Source of the DNA: Octopus sinensis
Taxonomy: Eukaryota
Assembly (NCBI RefSeq): GCF_006345805.1
Contig: NW_021834988.1
Span: 1 to 61,658 of the forward strand
Direction: 5' to 3'
DNA length: 61,658 nucleotides
In this document: one piece after another, positions 26,760 through 39,427 of the stretch
How positions within the stretch are numbered: the stretch's first letter is position 1
How the letters are laid out: every line of letters starts with the position of its first letter
The notes under the pieces: model-generated
Told to the model about the DNA's origin: nothing
Databases searched by the model: none
What the model saw: the letters and a program-made list of their open reading frames with translations, nothing else
Program-made: the position numbers and the translations under genes

Positions 26760-27083
26760 CCATCTTTCGTTACAAGTCCCGTTACTGTCAAACTGGAGCA
26801 CGGGCGTTTGTTTACATTTGAAGAAGATCGTCGTGGGGTGGGGAGAAAGGGTATCTTTTGAATTCGGCGTAAAAGCGAAACAGAGAGAGCGCGATTGGAT
26901 CGGGGAAGTTCTTTTGAAGTTGGCGTTCCGTCTGTGCGCGCACGTGTGTGTGTGCCTGTCTGTGTGTGAGTGCTACAACTTTGTCCCTGCTGCTAACTTT
27001 TTCTTTCTCTCGGTTTATTTATATTTTTTTTTATGTTAGTTGGCGATTTTATGAACAGTAACGGGACTTGTAACGAAAGATGG
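26760..27083. mobile_element. Small TIR element (MITE)
   Basis: Perfect 29-bp inverted repeat CCATCTTTCGTTACAAGTCCCGTTACTGT at 26760-26788 and 27055-27083. Confidence 0.7.
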
Positions 27084-27502
27084 GATATTTTCGGTTTGAA
27101 CGGCAGTTTTTAACAATTTCTAGGTAACTAAAAAATTTTAAACTTCGTAAACTGGTAGAATGTGTTTATAAAATATCTTTTTCTCTTGGCTTTATTGAGA
27201 AAATTCTATAGTTTGTAACATATTTGTTGTTTTTTCTTCTTCAATTTCTGCAATTTCAACCAATCAGTGACGTCTATTGGGGTAAAAAAAACATTCTGTG
27301 CCGTATGAATATGTCCCTCGTTTAAGAAACAGATTGGGTTTATATACATTTCTGAAGAAAAAAAGATACCCTTCCCCCACCCCTAACCCTAACCCTAAAA
27401 CAGATAGAAATGCAATAGATCGATACTAGGGTCATAATTATGGGTGACAATTTCATATGACACCGATAAAAAAAAAAACTGCCGTTCAAACCGAAAAGAT
27501 CC
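27083..27502. mobile_element. hAT-like MITE copy 6
   Basis: TIRs present; no recognisable TSD. Confidence 0.85.
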
Positions 27503-27882
27503 AAGACCTTTATTCGGTTTTCCGCTTACCTTCTCAGCTGGATGCACCAACAACCCAAAGCGAATGTGGGTTGCACAATTTTTTTTTAACAGCTCCCTCT
27601 TTGCCTTTAAGCAATTGGTGTATCCGTCGATTGCTTGTTTGGACAAATGTGAAATTCATTTTCTTAGTTCTAGTCTCTTTGTTTTTGTTACTGTTGTTTC
27701 AAATGACTTTCCAGACTTTATCTCAATGTCGTTGCTGTGTCGACGATGTATATATATTGTGACATCATTGCTTTCGTTTATTGTGACATCAGCAATAATG
27801 GCCGTTACCATATGATGCTTTTGTTGTCATGTAAAAACTAGCGTCCAATCTCTAAAATTTTCTCTTATCCCTTTCTCTCTAC

Positions 27883-28317
27883 GGATCTTTTCGGTTTGAA
27901 CGGCAGTTTTTTCTAGCAGTGTCATATGAAATTGTCACCCATAATTATGACCTAGTATCGATCTATTGCATTTCAATCTGTTTTAGGATTAGGGTTAGTT
28001 AGTGTTAGGGTTAGGGGTTGGGGGAAGGGTATCATTTTTTCTTCACAAATGTAAATAAACCCAATTTATTTCTTAAACGAGGGACATTTTCATACGGCAC
28101 AGAATGCTTTTTACCTCAATAGACGTCATTGATTGGTTGAAATTGCAGAAATTGAAGAATAAAAACAACAAATATCTTACAAACTATAGAATTCTCTCAA
28201 TAAAGCCAAGAGAAAAAGATGTTTTATAAACACATTCTACCAGTATAATACGAAGTTTAAAATTTTTTAGTTACATAGAAATTATGTTAAAAACTAACGT
28301 TCAAACCGAAAAGATCC
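27883..28317. mobile_element. hAT-like MITE copy 7
   Basis: TIRs intact; TSD CTCTCTAC/CTCTCTCC. Confidence 0.88.
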
Positions 28318-28339
28318 CTCTCTCCCTCTCTTTCTCACC

Positions 28340-28370
<31 letters not shown>

Positions 28371-28599
28371 ACTCTTTTTCACACACTCTCACTCTCTCTC
28401 TTTCACCCTTCTCTTTTCTTCAATTATCTCTGCCCATCATCTCCTCTCCTTATAAGGCTCTAGGCTATTCCATTTGTATGGAGATTGCGTAGAGTTTTAT
28501 ACAAATTGACCGGTGCTTTCATCCTCGCCTCACCTTGGCTTCAGCCTCTCCGGCCTGTAGGTAAATATTGCACTGTGAAGGGGAAGTGGACAGTGAGAG

Positions 28600-28642
<43 letters not shown>

Positions 28643-28677
28643 CGTTTTCGTAGGAATCAGGGATTGAAAGAAAATGA

Positions 28678-28725
<48 letters not shown>

Positions 28726-28816
28726 AGACAGAAAGAAAGAAAGAAAGAAAGAAAAAAAGAAAGAAGAGAGAAAGAAAGAAAGAAAGACAGAAAGAAAGAA
28801 AGAAAGAAAGACAGAC

Positions 28817-28859
<43 letters not shown>

Positions 28860-28907
28860 GAAAGAAAGACAGAAAGAAAGAAAGAAAGAAAGAAAGAAGG
28901 AAGGAAA

Positions 28908-28945
<38 letters not shown>

Positions 28946-29148
28946 CAGAAAGAACGACAGAAAGAAAGAAAGAAGAAAGAAAACAGAAAGAAAGAAAGAA
29001 AGAAAGGAAGAAAGAAGAAAGAAAGAAAGAAAGAAGGAAAAGAAAGAAAGAAAGAAAGAAAGAAATAAGAAAGAAGAGAGAAATGAAGAGAAAAGAGAGA
29101 AAGAAAGGAAGGAAGGAAGGAAGGAAGGATGAAAGAAGGAAAGAAAAA

Positions 29149-29208
<60 letters not shown>

Positions 29209-29285
29209 CAGAAAGGAAAGAAAGAAAGAAAGAAAGAAAGAAAGAGAGAAAGAAAGGAAGGAAGGAAGGAAGGATGAAAGAAAAC
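28600..29285. repeat. (GA)n/(GAAA)n polypurine tract
   Basis: Direct reading of the sequence. Confidence 0.95.
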
Positions 29286-29689
29286 GTAATGTAAATACAG
29301 AAACGTTAACACGAGATAGCTGAACGCTGCGACAGTTACAAGGCGAATAACTCATGTAATTATATTTTCGGTTACCTCCCCTGAAAAAAAAACTATTTGA
29401 CAACGAGGCAAGAAAATGCGAAATTTTATTTGATTGGATTTTCGGTTTCCTTGAATTGTTTTGAACATGAGAGAAGAGAAAAGGAAGGAAAAAACATGTT
29501 TTTTTTTTCTTAGATGGCCTAGAAGAGATAATTATTTTACTTTTACGTTCTTAGTTCAAATCTCGCCGAGGTAAACGTTGCCTTTTTTGCCTTTCAGAGC
29601 AGATAAAATAAAGTACCAGCCAACTACTGGGGTCAAAGGTATTGACTACATCCTCCCCCACTTCACACCCTTGAGCTGAGCTGAACTGA

Positions 29690-31015
29690 CCCCAAAGACC
29701 AACCTCAGATGTGTAGGCTGCTTGGGTCATGTACTCCATAGAGAAGCCCCACTGGTGTCCTTGCTGTACCTCCCGGAAAACGAAGCTCCGCATCGACTAG
29801 GCATGGGCCCTCTCTATTCTGCTCTATGGAGCAGACGGACCTTTTCCTTTTGAACGGCAGATGTCAACACAATTTCTAGTTAACTAAACACTTTTAAACT
29901 TCGTATACTGGTAGAATGTGTTTATAAAACATCATTTTCTCTTGGTTTTATTGAGAAAATTCTATAGTTTGTAAGATATTTCGTCTGAAAATCCGAGCAT
30001 TTCGGCAATTTTAACCAATCGATTTTTTAACCCTAATTTTTTTTCTTAATTGTTAAATTAATTTAATTCCATTGCTTTAGTTTTTTTTTACATGCGTAAC
30101 AATCAAATTAATTTAACAATTAAGAAGAAAAAATTTAGGGTTAGGGGGGAGGTTTAGGGTTATTTACAGGATGTTGTCTCAGTTTTAGACGCAGCAAATG
30201 ATTTTAGCTCAAAAGAGAGCATAGGATTGGTTAAAATTCGAAAAATTAAACTACGTTAAACAAACAAATTACAATTTTCTCAAGAAAGCCAAGAGAAAAA
30301 AATGTTTTATTTTGGCACATTCTACCAGTATACGAAGTTTTAAAGTGTTTAGTTAACTAGAAATTGTCTGCCGTTCAAAAGGTAAAGATCCGAGCAGACC
30401 CCTCTCGAAGGACATGGAAAAAGGATCGACGGTTTCGACAACAAAGCCCTGAAAACCATCGAGAACATCAGGCGGTACCATCACGCTTCGAACAAAGAAC
30501 AGAGTGTGCGCACGAATCTGCCTACAGTTTCCCACCTCATAGCGATCGTGAGGTTGTCAGTTCGATTCCCGGACCGGGCTGTGTGTTGTGCTCTTCTTGA
30601 GCAAGACACTTTATTTCACGTTGCTCCAGTTCACTCAGCTGTAGAAATGAGTTGCGACATCACAGGGGCCAAGCCGTATTGACCTTTGCCTTTCCCTTGG
30701 ATGACATCAGTGGTGTGGAGAGGGGAGGCTGGTATGCATGGTTGCGCTGATACGGACATATCCTCCGTCTCCCGTCAGATTATCCTCCTAGAGTTTTACT
30801 CTCATTCGATATAACAGCTATGGGCCAGAAGAAGCCTTATGACAGGCCCCACACCAGACGGCTGGACGTGATTGAAGAAGATCTCTCTGGAGGCTCGACG
30901 TCACCTTGGAGGATGCAGAAGGGCTGGAACGGGACTCGCCAACGATGGAGGGCACCGGCGAGTTTGGTCGGCTCTGCGCATGACGACTTCTCTGGAACTA
31001 CTGACCTTGAATGAC
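29690..31015 (+). mobile_element. Degenerate RTE 3' fragment interrupted by a MITE (29837-30391) and SINE-D (30537-30742)
   Basis: TKLRI..LSILLYGAD is split by the MITE and continues PLSKDMEKRIDGFDNKALKTI, then GHILRLP..RRLDVIEEDL. Confidence 0.7.
29837..30391. mobile_element. Symmetric (same end on both sides) variant of the hAT-like MITE
   Basis: Variant TIR GGACCTTTTCCTTTTGAACGGCAGA; about 150-bp inverted arms; perfect TSD GAGCAGAC. Confidence 0.88.
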
Positions 31016-31604
31016 TCCAGCCCCATCACGCAGAAACCAAGCCAGGCCAAGTCTGCTCAAACCCCGCCTCTCATACACACATACACACCACACACACATA
31101 CGCATATTATACCTGGCTTTATGTTTAATTAAAAAACAATTGGATGGAATTGGTTTGGATTGTCCGTGTTCAGTCCACTGCAGAACAAAGGTCCCGGTAT
31201 GTTCTGTCCACCGGAGAATGGTTTGAGATCATATTGGTTTGATGAGACTACGCTGCCACAGTGGCTCGACATAGCTTAGCACAGGAAGAAACAGGAGGAG
31301 GAGACCCCCTTTGGTCATGATTGACCATGAGATCCTAGAAAGTTACCCTCCCAGGCACAAGTCCGGGTAAGGTTGTTTGTAGAAGGCCAGCAGTCGCCCA
31401 TGCATACCAGCATCCCCTCTCCACACCACTGATGTTATCCAAGGGAAAGGTAAAGGTCAATACAGCTCGGCACCTGTGACATCACAACTCGTTTCTACAG
31501 CTGAGTGAACTGGAGCAACTCGAAATAAAGTGTCTTGCTCAAGAAGAGCACAACACACAGCCCGGTCCGGGAATCGAACTGACAACCTCACGATCGTAAG
31601 CTCC

Positions 31605-31924
31605 TCTTTTCCTCTTGGCTTTATTGAGAAAATTCTATAGTTTGTAAGATATTTGGTGGGTTTTTTTCCTTCAATTTCTGCAATTTCAACCAATCACTGA
31701 CGTCTATTGAGGTAAAAAAAACATTCTGTGCCGTATGAATATGTCCCTCGTTTAAGAAACAGATTGGGTTTATTTACATTTGTGAAGAAAAAAAGATACC
31801 CTTTCCCCCCAACCCTAACCCTAAAACAGATTGAAATGCAATAGATCGATACTAGGGTCATGATTATGGGTGGCAATTTCATATGACACCGCTAGAAAAA
31901 CTGCCGTTCAAACCGAAAAGATCC
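31605..31924. mobile_element. hAT-like MITE copy, one end missing
   Basis: Body plus one TIR ending AAAAGATCC at 31924. Confidence 0.8.
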
Positions 31925-32369
31925 ATAGTGGGCGTTGAAGATGGACGGACGGACGGACGGACGGACGGACGGATGGATGGATGGATGGATGGATGGATGG
32001 GGAGCTGGACAGCTTGACGAATGGACGGATAGACGGATGTATGGATCGATGGGCGAATTTATAGATGGATGGGTCGGTGGATGGGTGGATGAATACATGA
32101 AGGGATGCGTGGCATCTTGGACAAGTGTCTTCAACAGTAGCTTCGGGCCATGTTGTTGGAAGAGAAGGAAAGGGAAGAGTGGTGAAAACGTGTAAGTAGC
32201 GAAGTAAGGGGAGGAGAGAGATAGAGAGAGAGAGAAGGGATGAGGGAGAATAGTGAAGAGGCACGGTGAGAGTGGTGAGCGAGAGAAAGAACATTTTGCC
32301 ACGTGACTAGTTTCTGTCTTGTTTTGTTTTGGAGACGCAGCTTAACGTGATAGAATAGAATAGAAAAGA

Positions 32370-32439
<70 letters not shown>

Positions 32440-32606
32440 GATAGATAGATAGATAGATAGAGCAAATAAAAACAAACCAGATTATTTTGAATTCGTCGAC
32501 AACGAACGGTTTGTCCAGTTGAGAGTTTATTGGAACTGTTTGTAGATTGGCTTTAGTTTTACTCCCAGTTGGTAACTGTATAAACACAGATATGTATATA
32601 TAGCTG

Positions 32607-32639
<33 letters not shown>

Positions 32640-32879
32640 ACACACACTCACACACACACACACACACACACACACAAATGCACAAATATATTTCCATGTA
32701 TACCCATGTAGACCTACTCTGTAACTACTTTAATACATACAAACACATGACATTTTATATTACGCTCACGTAAAAGATATAGACGTACACACATTTTTTT
32801 GTTTGATATATCTATCTATAAATCTTTTTTTTTTGTTTTTTTTTTTGCTTGGTGTTGAGCAAAAGAACAGAGTGTAACA

Positions 32880-34754
32880 ATGATTACCAAAAAGAAAAGC
32901 ATAATGAAAAAAGATAAAAAAGACAAAGCGGTGACCGAACAGACTGAGCTTGAAGCAGCCAGACCGGATATGTTAACTCACCGCAAGTCAACGAAAATGG
33001 AAATGAAAACCAGCGAACTGAAAATGAAAGAAGAATTCAGTCTTGTATTGACCCCGACTGTGAAGTCAGAGTATGACAATCTGGTTCGTTTCGACTTCAA
33101 AACGTCACAATATGCTGAGGTACCATTTCCAGACCAAGCTATCACTTTGCTGTTGCTGCAAGGAACTTTGATCCACAAAGATATGGCAGAAAGTCCCAAA
33201 CCAAAGGCAGAAGTTCCAATATTACCTACATTAGATGAACCGGAGCAGGAACTGTCTACAGAGCGGCTTGTTGAGAAAAAATTGGTGAATGCTTTTAATT
33301 ATGGTGATCGAGGGTCCCAAACCTTCAACTACAGAGCTCGTGAGCAGGGCACTCTGACGGATCCGCCGCCAAAATCGACGTTTTCGGCTAATGTTAATCA
33401 ATGGGAAATTTACGATTCTTATATAAGAGATTCCAAAAAACACGAAACGGAGAGGAAAAAGCCACCAGTCAGCACCAGTTTCTTGGATTCTAAAACAGCT
33501 ATTAAGATGATGGAAAGAATGGTAAATCAGAATATTTTCGACGAGATCACAAATGATTACAGATATTTTGAAGATGAATCCGATGAATTTCACATTAGCT
33601 ATGGTACCATGTTACCCCTTTGGAAGTTCTCCTACCAAAAAACCCTGGGTTTCAGTGTAACGTCCTTATGTTGGAACAACCGTTATTCGGATTTCTTCGC
33701 TGCCTCCTTCGGCTCCTATAATGTGTTTCAGCAAAGATTCGGCGGCTGGCTGCTATTGTACAGCTTGAAAAACCCGTCGTATCCAAAGTACATATTTCAA
33801 ACCAACAGCAGCGTTATGGCTTTGGACTTCCATCCCGAATTCGCTTACTACATTTGTGTCGGGCTTTACAACGGTCATGTTGCCGTGTATGATCTTTGCA
33901 AGAGTCAGGATGCTTTAGTTCAGAAATCCTCCAGTTTCACAGGGAAACACCACTACGAGGTGACTGAAGTGAAATGGCAACCGAAAACCGAAGATGTGGA
34001 TTTAATTTTCTGCTCGGTGTCTACCGACGGAAGGATCTTGCAATGGAGTCTCGTCAAAGAGGAACTAGTCCAACTGGAACTGTTGAAACTTGAAATAGAT
34101 CCACTCCCTTTCTGGGACAGTAACATATCGATCTTGCCATTCGGTTGCGGTAGCTCGTTCAATTTCCATCGCAAGTGTGATCATTTGTATTTGCTCGCCA
34201 CGCGGACGGGCAAAGTTCACGTCTGCTCAAAAAGATACTGTAATGAAGTCCTGTACACGCTGGAAGCCCATTCTATGAACGTGAATAAAATTGAATGGAA
34301 CCACTACCATCCAAATACATTCATTACTTGCAGCGACGATTGGAGTGTAAAAGTATGGGAATACAACGAGCAATACAAACTCCCTCTGTTCACGTTCGAT
34401 CTGGGCAGCAAAGTGACTGATGTCGCCTGGGCTCCATATTCGGCCAGTGTGTTCGCTGCCGCTACGTCGAAAGGTCGTGTCCTCGTGTACGATTTAAACC
34501 TAAACCGCTACGAACCGATGTGTGAACAAGTGGTGGTGAAGAAGAAAGACACTGAGGTTACTCGGGTAGCTTTCAACCCTCAAAATTTCAGTATCATTGC
34601 CGGGGACAGCAGGGGAGATGTGACCGCCCTGAAACTGTCCGCTAACCTTCGCAAAATGCCGAAATTGAGGAAAGGAGATCCACCTCTTGACGGAGCAGCG
34701 AAGGAGGCAGCAGAGACAGCTAAACTGGACAGAATATTCTCAATGGCCAGATAA
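32880..34754 (+). CDS. DNAI1: Dynein axonemal intermediate chain 1-like (outer-arm IC, WD40), single-exon ORF, 624 aa
   Basis: Uninterrupted ORF with DNAI1/IC78-type motifs: QWEIYDSY, MERMVNQN, LPLWKF, VTSLCWN, LLYSLKNPSYP, STDGRILQW, WNHYHP, CSDDWSVKVW, DVAWAPYS. In-frame TGA at 32856-32858 upstream of the ATG. Orthologue versus paralogue not resolved. Confidence 0.9.
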   Translation: MITKKKSIMKKDKKDKAVTEQTELEAARPDMLTHRKSTKMEMKTSELKMKEEFSLVLTPTVKSEYDNLVRFDFKTSQYAEVPFPDQAITLLLLQGTLIHKDMAESPKPKAEVPILPTLDEPEQELSTERLVEKKLVNAFNYGDRGSQTFNYRAREQGTLTDPPPKSTFSANVNQWEIYDSYIRDSKKHETERKKPPVSTSFLDSKTAIKMMERMVNQNIFDEITNDYRYFEDESDEFHISYGTMLPLWKFSYQKTLGFSVTSLCWNNRYSDFFAASFGSYNVFQQRFGGWLLLYSLKNPSYPKYIFQTNSSVMALDFHPEFAYYICVGLYNGHVAVYDLCKSQDALVQKSSSFTGKHHYEVTEVKWQPKTEDVDLIFCSVSTDGRILQWSLVKEELVQLELLKLEIDPLPFWDSNISILPFGCGSSFNFHRKCDHLYLLATRTGKVHVCSKRYCNEVLYTLEAHSMNVNKIEWNHYHPNTFITCSDDWSVKVWEYNEQYKLPLFTFDLGSKVTDVAWAPYSASVFAAATSKGRVLVYDLNLNRYEPMCEQVVVKKKDTEVTRVAFNPQNFSIIAGDSRGDVTALKLSANLRKMPKLRKGDPPLDGAAKEAAETAKLDRIFSMAR

Positions 34755-34782
34755 AATTCATCATCAGCATGATAATCATCAT

Positions 34783-34824
<42 letters not shown>

Positions 34825-35301
34825 TATCAAAACCATCAACAACAACAACCACAACGATAATAATGATTATCCTATTTACTAAAGACACAAATCCTGATTT
34901 TTGGAGAGAGGAGGCGAGTCAACTATATCGACCCCAGTGTGTAACTGGTACTTATTTCATCGACCCTGAAAAGATAAAAGGCAAAGTCGACCTAGGCGGA
35001 ATTTGAACTTAGAATGTAAGGACGGACAAAATGCCGCTAAGTATTTAACCCGGCGTGTTAACGATTCTGATAATAGCAACGGCGACAGCAACCAGAAAAA
35101 TGGTGGATTACAGCAGGAGTAACAGTAGTAGCCTTAATAAGAATGATAACAACACCACCACCAACAACAACAACAACAAAGACAGTAAAAACAATAACAT
35201 GAGTAACAACAGCAACAACAACTACAACAGAAGCACCGCCCAGCATTGGCAACAACGCTTAACGACCAAGAACAATGGTTAAAGCAACATCTAATAACCC
35301 A

Positions 35302-35480
35302 TTTCTTTATTACCCACAAGGGGCTAAACACAGAGGGGACAAACAAGGACAGACATAGGTATTAAGTCGATTACATCGACCCCCAGTGCGTAACTGGTAC
35401 TTAATTTATCGACCCCGAAAGGATGAAAGGTAAAGTCGACCTCGGCGGAATTTGAACTCAGAACGTAACGGCAGACGAAA
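35302..35480 (-). mobile_element. SINE-A, 5'-truncated (another fragment at about 34895-35068)
   Basis: Body matches the family consensus. Confidence 0.75.
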
Positions 35481-36347
35481 CCGTAACAGCGACAACGATG
35501 ACGCCACCATCACAATGTCAACCAAGGAACGTCAACGCCAAAATCGTCACCGCCATCACGACTACAGCCAACATCAGCATCAACAACAAGAACAACTATA
35601 GTAACGACTATAATACCAGTAATATCAGCAACAGGGATTCTAACAACTTCGATGTGCCAATCTTCATCACCGTCATCACTGTCATCATCATCAGCATCAT
35701 CATCATCTTCATCATCATCACAACCTCTACTACCACCGTCCTCATCCTCATCTTCTTCGTCGTAGTCGTCATTATTTTCCTCCTCATCCTCCTCATCATC
35801 ATCCTCATCATCATTATCGTTATCATTATTATCATCATCATTATAGTAACCAGTGTCGTTACCAACAGTGTTGTAACAAAGTATTTAACAATCTACAATA
35901 CAGAGCAAAAGAGAATTTTCAAAAAAAAAAAAAGAGCGTTTCAAAAAAAAAAGAAAAGAAAAAAACGTTTCAAAAAAAAATACAAGAAAAGAAATAAGAG
36001 GAAAAAAATGGGAAAAAAGAAGAAAATTAATTGAAAAGAACACACACACACACACAGAATTTTCAAAAAAAAAAGGAAGAAGAAACAAAATAACGTTACT
36101 GACGGTGAGCAAACGAGGTGAGTCTATTGAGAGAAAATGATGGCATTTGATGATGGCAGACGACTGAGTCTATTATTGAAAAATGAGATGGTGAAATCTC
36201 TGAAGGTTTGGAATATTTGTCTTTTACAGTAAAAAACACTATTTTCTGTCAAAATCAAACTTCTGTTTCTTTTTTCTTTCTCTTTTTTTTCTTTTCTATT
36301 TATTGATTGACTCAATAACGTCTTGTATTTTTAATCAAACCCATTTG

Positions 36348-36690
36348 CATCATCATCATCATTGTTCGACCGTGGTCGAGACAATGGAATTTACCACACT
36401 ACGCCAGACTTCACGGTCCATCATAGCATTACGGAGGTCCTGTTGCTGGATGCCTGTATCCCTGGAGATTACATCAGGGTAGGAGAGTGTGCGCCCTCTG
36501 GTATTGCGAGTAGATGGCTTCCAGAGGAGAAGAGTAGAGATTACCTCTTTTTCAGCTCTACAACAATGTCCAGCAAACTGGACTCTCTTACCTTTCACAA
36601 GAGATGACACAGGCGGTAGTAGTTTCCCATATATTTCCCTTTTGCGGTACGAGGGATCTCTCCGATGTTATGGTCTGTAACAGCTGAAAT
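36348..36690 (-). mobile_element. RTE-clade LINE 3' fragment, same family as 57217-57745
   Basis: RVQFAGHCCRAEKEVISTLLLWKP..STTVEQ* followed by (TGA)n. Confidence 0.85.
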
Positions 36691-36814
36691 ATTTCGAAAG
36701 CAAATTCTATCTTGTATCTTTTATCTTCTACTTGTCTCAATCATTAGACTGCAGCCATACTGGGGCACCGGTTGTCAAGCGGTGGGGGAAGGACAAACAC
36801 AAACACGCACATAC

Positions 36815-36856
<42 letters not shown>

Positions 36857-36962
36857 ATTGTTTTAAGGAAATTTCATTCCACTAAAATACTGGTATTGAA
36901 CCAGTATTTCCTAGCATGCAACCATCCCTTCACGAGATCAACACACCCTCTAATTAAATTTT

Positions 36963-37021
<59 letters not shown>

Positions 37022-37035
37022 ATATATATATATAT

Positions 37036-37074
<39 letters not shown>

Positions 37075-37604
37075 TAACGGGAAGCTTTATGAAAATAAAC
37101 AAAAGACGAAGGCAAGTGGAATACAAACAAACAATTGTATTAGTATGGCGCTCAGGAATATAAATAAAACAAGTCTTTTACGTTTCGATATATATATATA
37201 TTTATATATCGCCGTGATCACTGTAACTGACCAGGCTCTCAGATGTTGCTACACATCGCTGGTCACAATGCGCTTCGCATTGTTTTAGCCTTCAAATGAC
37301 GCCACCCCACAGGCTAAGTGAGCCGGCCAACAGGAAAATGAGAGAGAGAAAGTTGTGGCGAAAGAGTACAGCAGGAATCGTCACCCCCACCCCCACCCCC
37401 CTTGCCGGAGTCTCATGGAGCTTTTAGGTGTTTTCGCTCAATAAACATCATTCACAACGCCCGGTCTGGGTAAAACCTCAAAAGGAATCGGACCGTCAAT
37501 TATTTATTTTGAATTTTTTTCACTTTCGAACGGAGGCAACCGTCTGGATATAATTCAATCATGGCGGAATTTGAACTCTGAACGTAAAGAGGGACGATAT
37601 TCTG

Positions 37605-37764
37605 GGAGCTCCTTTAGAAACGCAAATCTCCAAGAAAATGAAATGTAATTTTAAAAGAAGTTATGAAAATGGAAAATATATACAAAATAAATGATGTATG
37701 CAATTTTTTAATTTTTTTTATTGCATTTCATATTCTTGGAGACGTGCGTTTCTAAAGGAGCGTC
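37605..37764. mobile_element. 160-bp MITE with about 45-bp TIRs inserted in a SINE-A remnant
   Basis: GCTCCTTTAGAAACGCA..TCTCCAAGAA.ATGAAATG.AAT inverted at both ends; TSD ATATTCTG/ATGTTCTG. Confidence 0.75.
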
Positions 37765-38013
37765 ATGTTCTGCTAAGCACTTTGTCCGGCAAGCTAACGA
37801 TTCTGCCAGCTCACCGCTTTAAAGTTTAATGACATTAGTTTCAAATTTTGGTACAAGGCCAACAAGTACGAGGCAGGGGTCAGTCTATTATACTGACCCC
37901 GGTGTTCAACCCCGAAAGGATGAAAGGCAAAGTCGACCACGGCGGAACTTGGTCACAGAACGTAAAGACTGATAAAATGCTGATAGAATCATTCTTCTTT
38001 ACAAATAAGTTTG

Positions 38014-38429
38014 GGATCTTTTCGGTTTGAACGGCAGTTTTTCCTAGCGGTGTCATATGAAATTGTCACCCATAATTATGACCCTAGTATCGATCTATTG
38101 TATTTCAATCTGTTTTAAGGTTAGGGTTAGGGGTGGGAGAAGGTTATCTTTTTTCCTTCACAAATGCAAATAAACCCAATCTGTTTCTTAAACGAGGGAC
38201 ATATTCATACGGCACAGAATGCTTTTTACCTCAACAGACGTCACTGATTGGTTGAAATTGCAGAAATTGAAGAAAAAAAACAACAAATATCTTACAAGCT
38301 ATAGAATTTTCTCAATAAAGCCAAGAGAAAAAGATGTTTTATAAACACATTCTACCAGTATACGAAGTTTAAATTTTTTTAGTTACCTAGAAATTATGTT
38401 TCAAACTGCCGTTCAAACCGAAAAGATCC
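38014..38429. mobile_element. hAT-like MITE copy
   Basis: Both TIRs intact. Confidence 0.85.
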
Positions 38430-38660
38430 TATTTACTGATCATGGCATTTTTGTCCAACAGAATGAAAACTTTTTTCGCCACTGGGAATCAAACACTGCG
38501 ACATCGACGGAAGAAGTGTGTGAAGAGCAAGCGGAACCAGGCGGAAAAATAATCCTCATTAGGTCACATTCCCTGAGAGAATCTTGGTCAGCCTATGAAC
38601 TGTTCGTCCGACCTTTGTAGTTCATACGTCGAAATGGACGTGAGAGTCCAGTATAAATAT

Positions 38661-39044
38661 GGAAGCACTCCGTCGGTTACGACGACGAGGGTTCCGGTCG
38701 ATCAGAATCAACGGAACAGCCTGCTCGTGAAATTAACGTGTAAGTGGCTGAGCACTCCACAGACACGTGTACCCTTAACGTAGTTCTCGGGGATATTCAG
38801 CGTGACACAGAGAGTGACAAGGCCGGCCCTTTGAAATACAGGTACAACAGAAACAGGAAGTAAGAGTGAGAGAAAGTTGTGGTGAAAGAGTACAGCAGGG
38901 ATCACCACCACCCCCTGCCGGAGCCTAGTGGAGCTTTAGGTGTTTTCACTCAATAAACACTCACAACGCCCGGTCTGGGAATCGAAACCGCGATCCTACG
39001 ACCGCGAGTCCGCTGCCCTAACCACTGGGCCATTGCGCCTCCAC
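38661..39044 (-). mobile_element. SINE-C with tail type 1
   Basis: Head GGAGGCGCAATGGCCCAGTGGTTAGGGCAGCG..GGTTTCGATTCCC; ends GACGGAGTGCTTCC. Confidence 0.85.
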
Positions 39045-39427
39045 TAGTATAACAGAATGATCATACACAACCCTCTCCTTCCTCGGTTGGATATGAAATT
39101 TGTTTCACAGAAGCTATGAGACAGCATTTGTCAAGATGGACTTCTTCTGTTTTTGTGGTTCAATCAATCACTCGCGCTTTGGCGTCAACTGTATAAGCCA
39201 ACCCTGGGGTACCTTCAGCAGAGGCGGCGTATTGGCAAAGCCCGTTGGTGTTAGCTAGCATGCCTCATTTTGTGGTCCGGTCCTCTGCGCTCTGAGGTCA
39301 ACTTTGCTTTCATCCTTCTGGTTCAATATTATATTTTTTAAATAAAACAAATAAATAAATAAATAAAGTGATAAATAAACATCATTCCATAGTGGTGGAT
39401 AGATGCCTTGCGGTATCAATCCTAGTT

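Noticed and set aside
28530-29403. Lys/Glu/Arg-rich and Phe/Leu/Ser-rich ORFs
   Set aside because: Translations of (GAAA)n on both strands.
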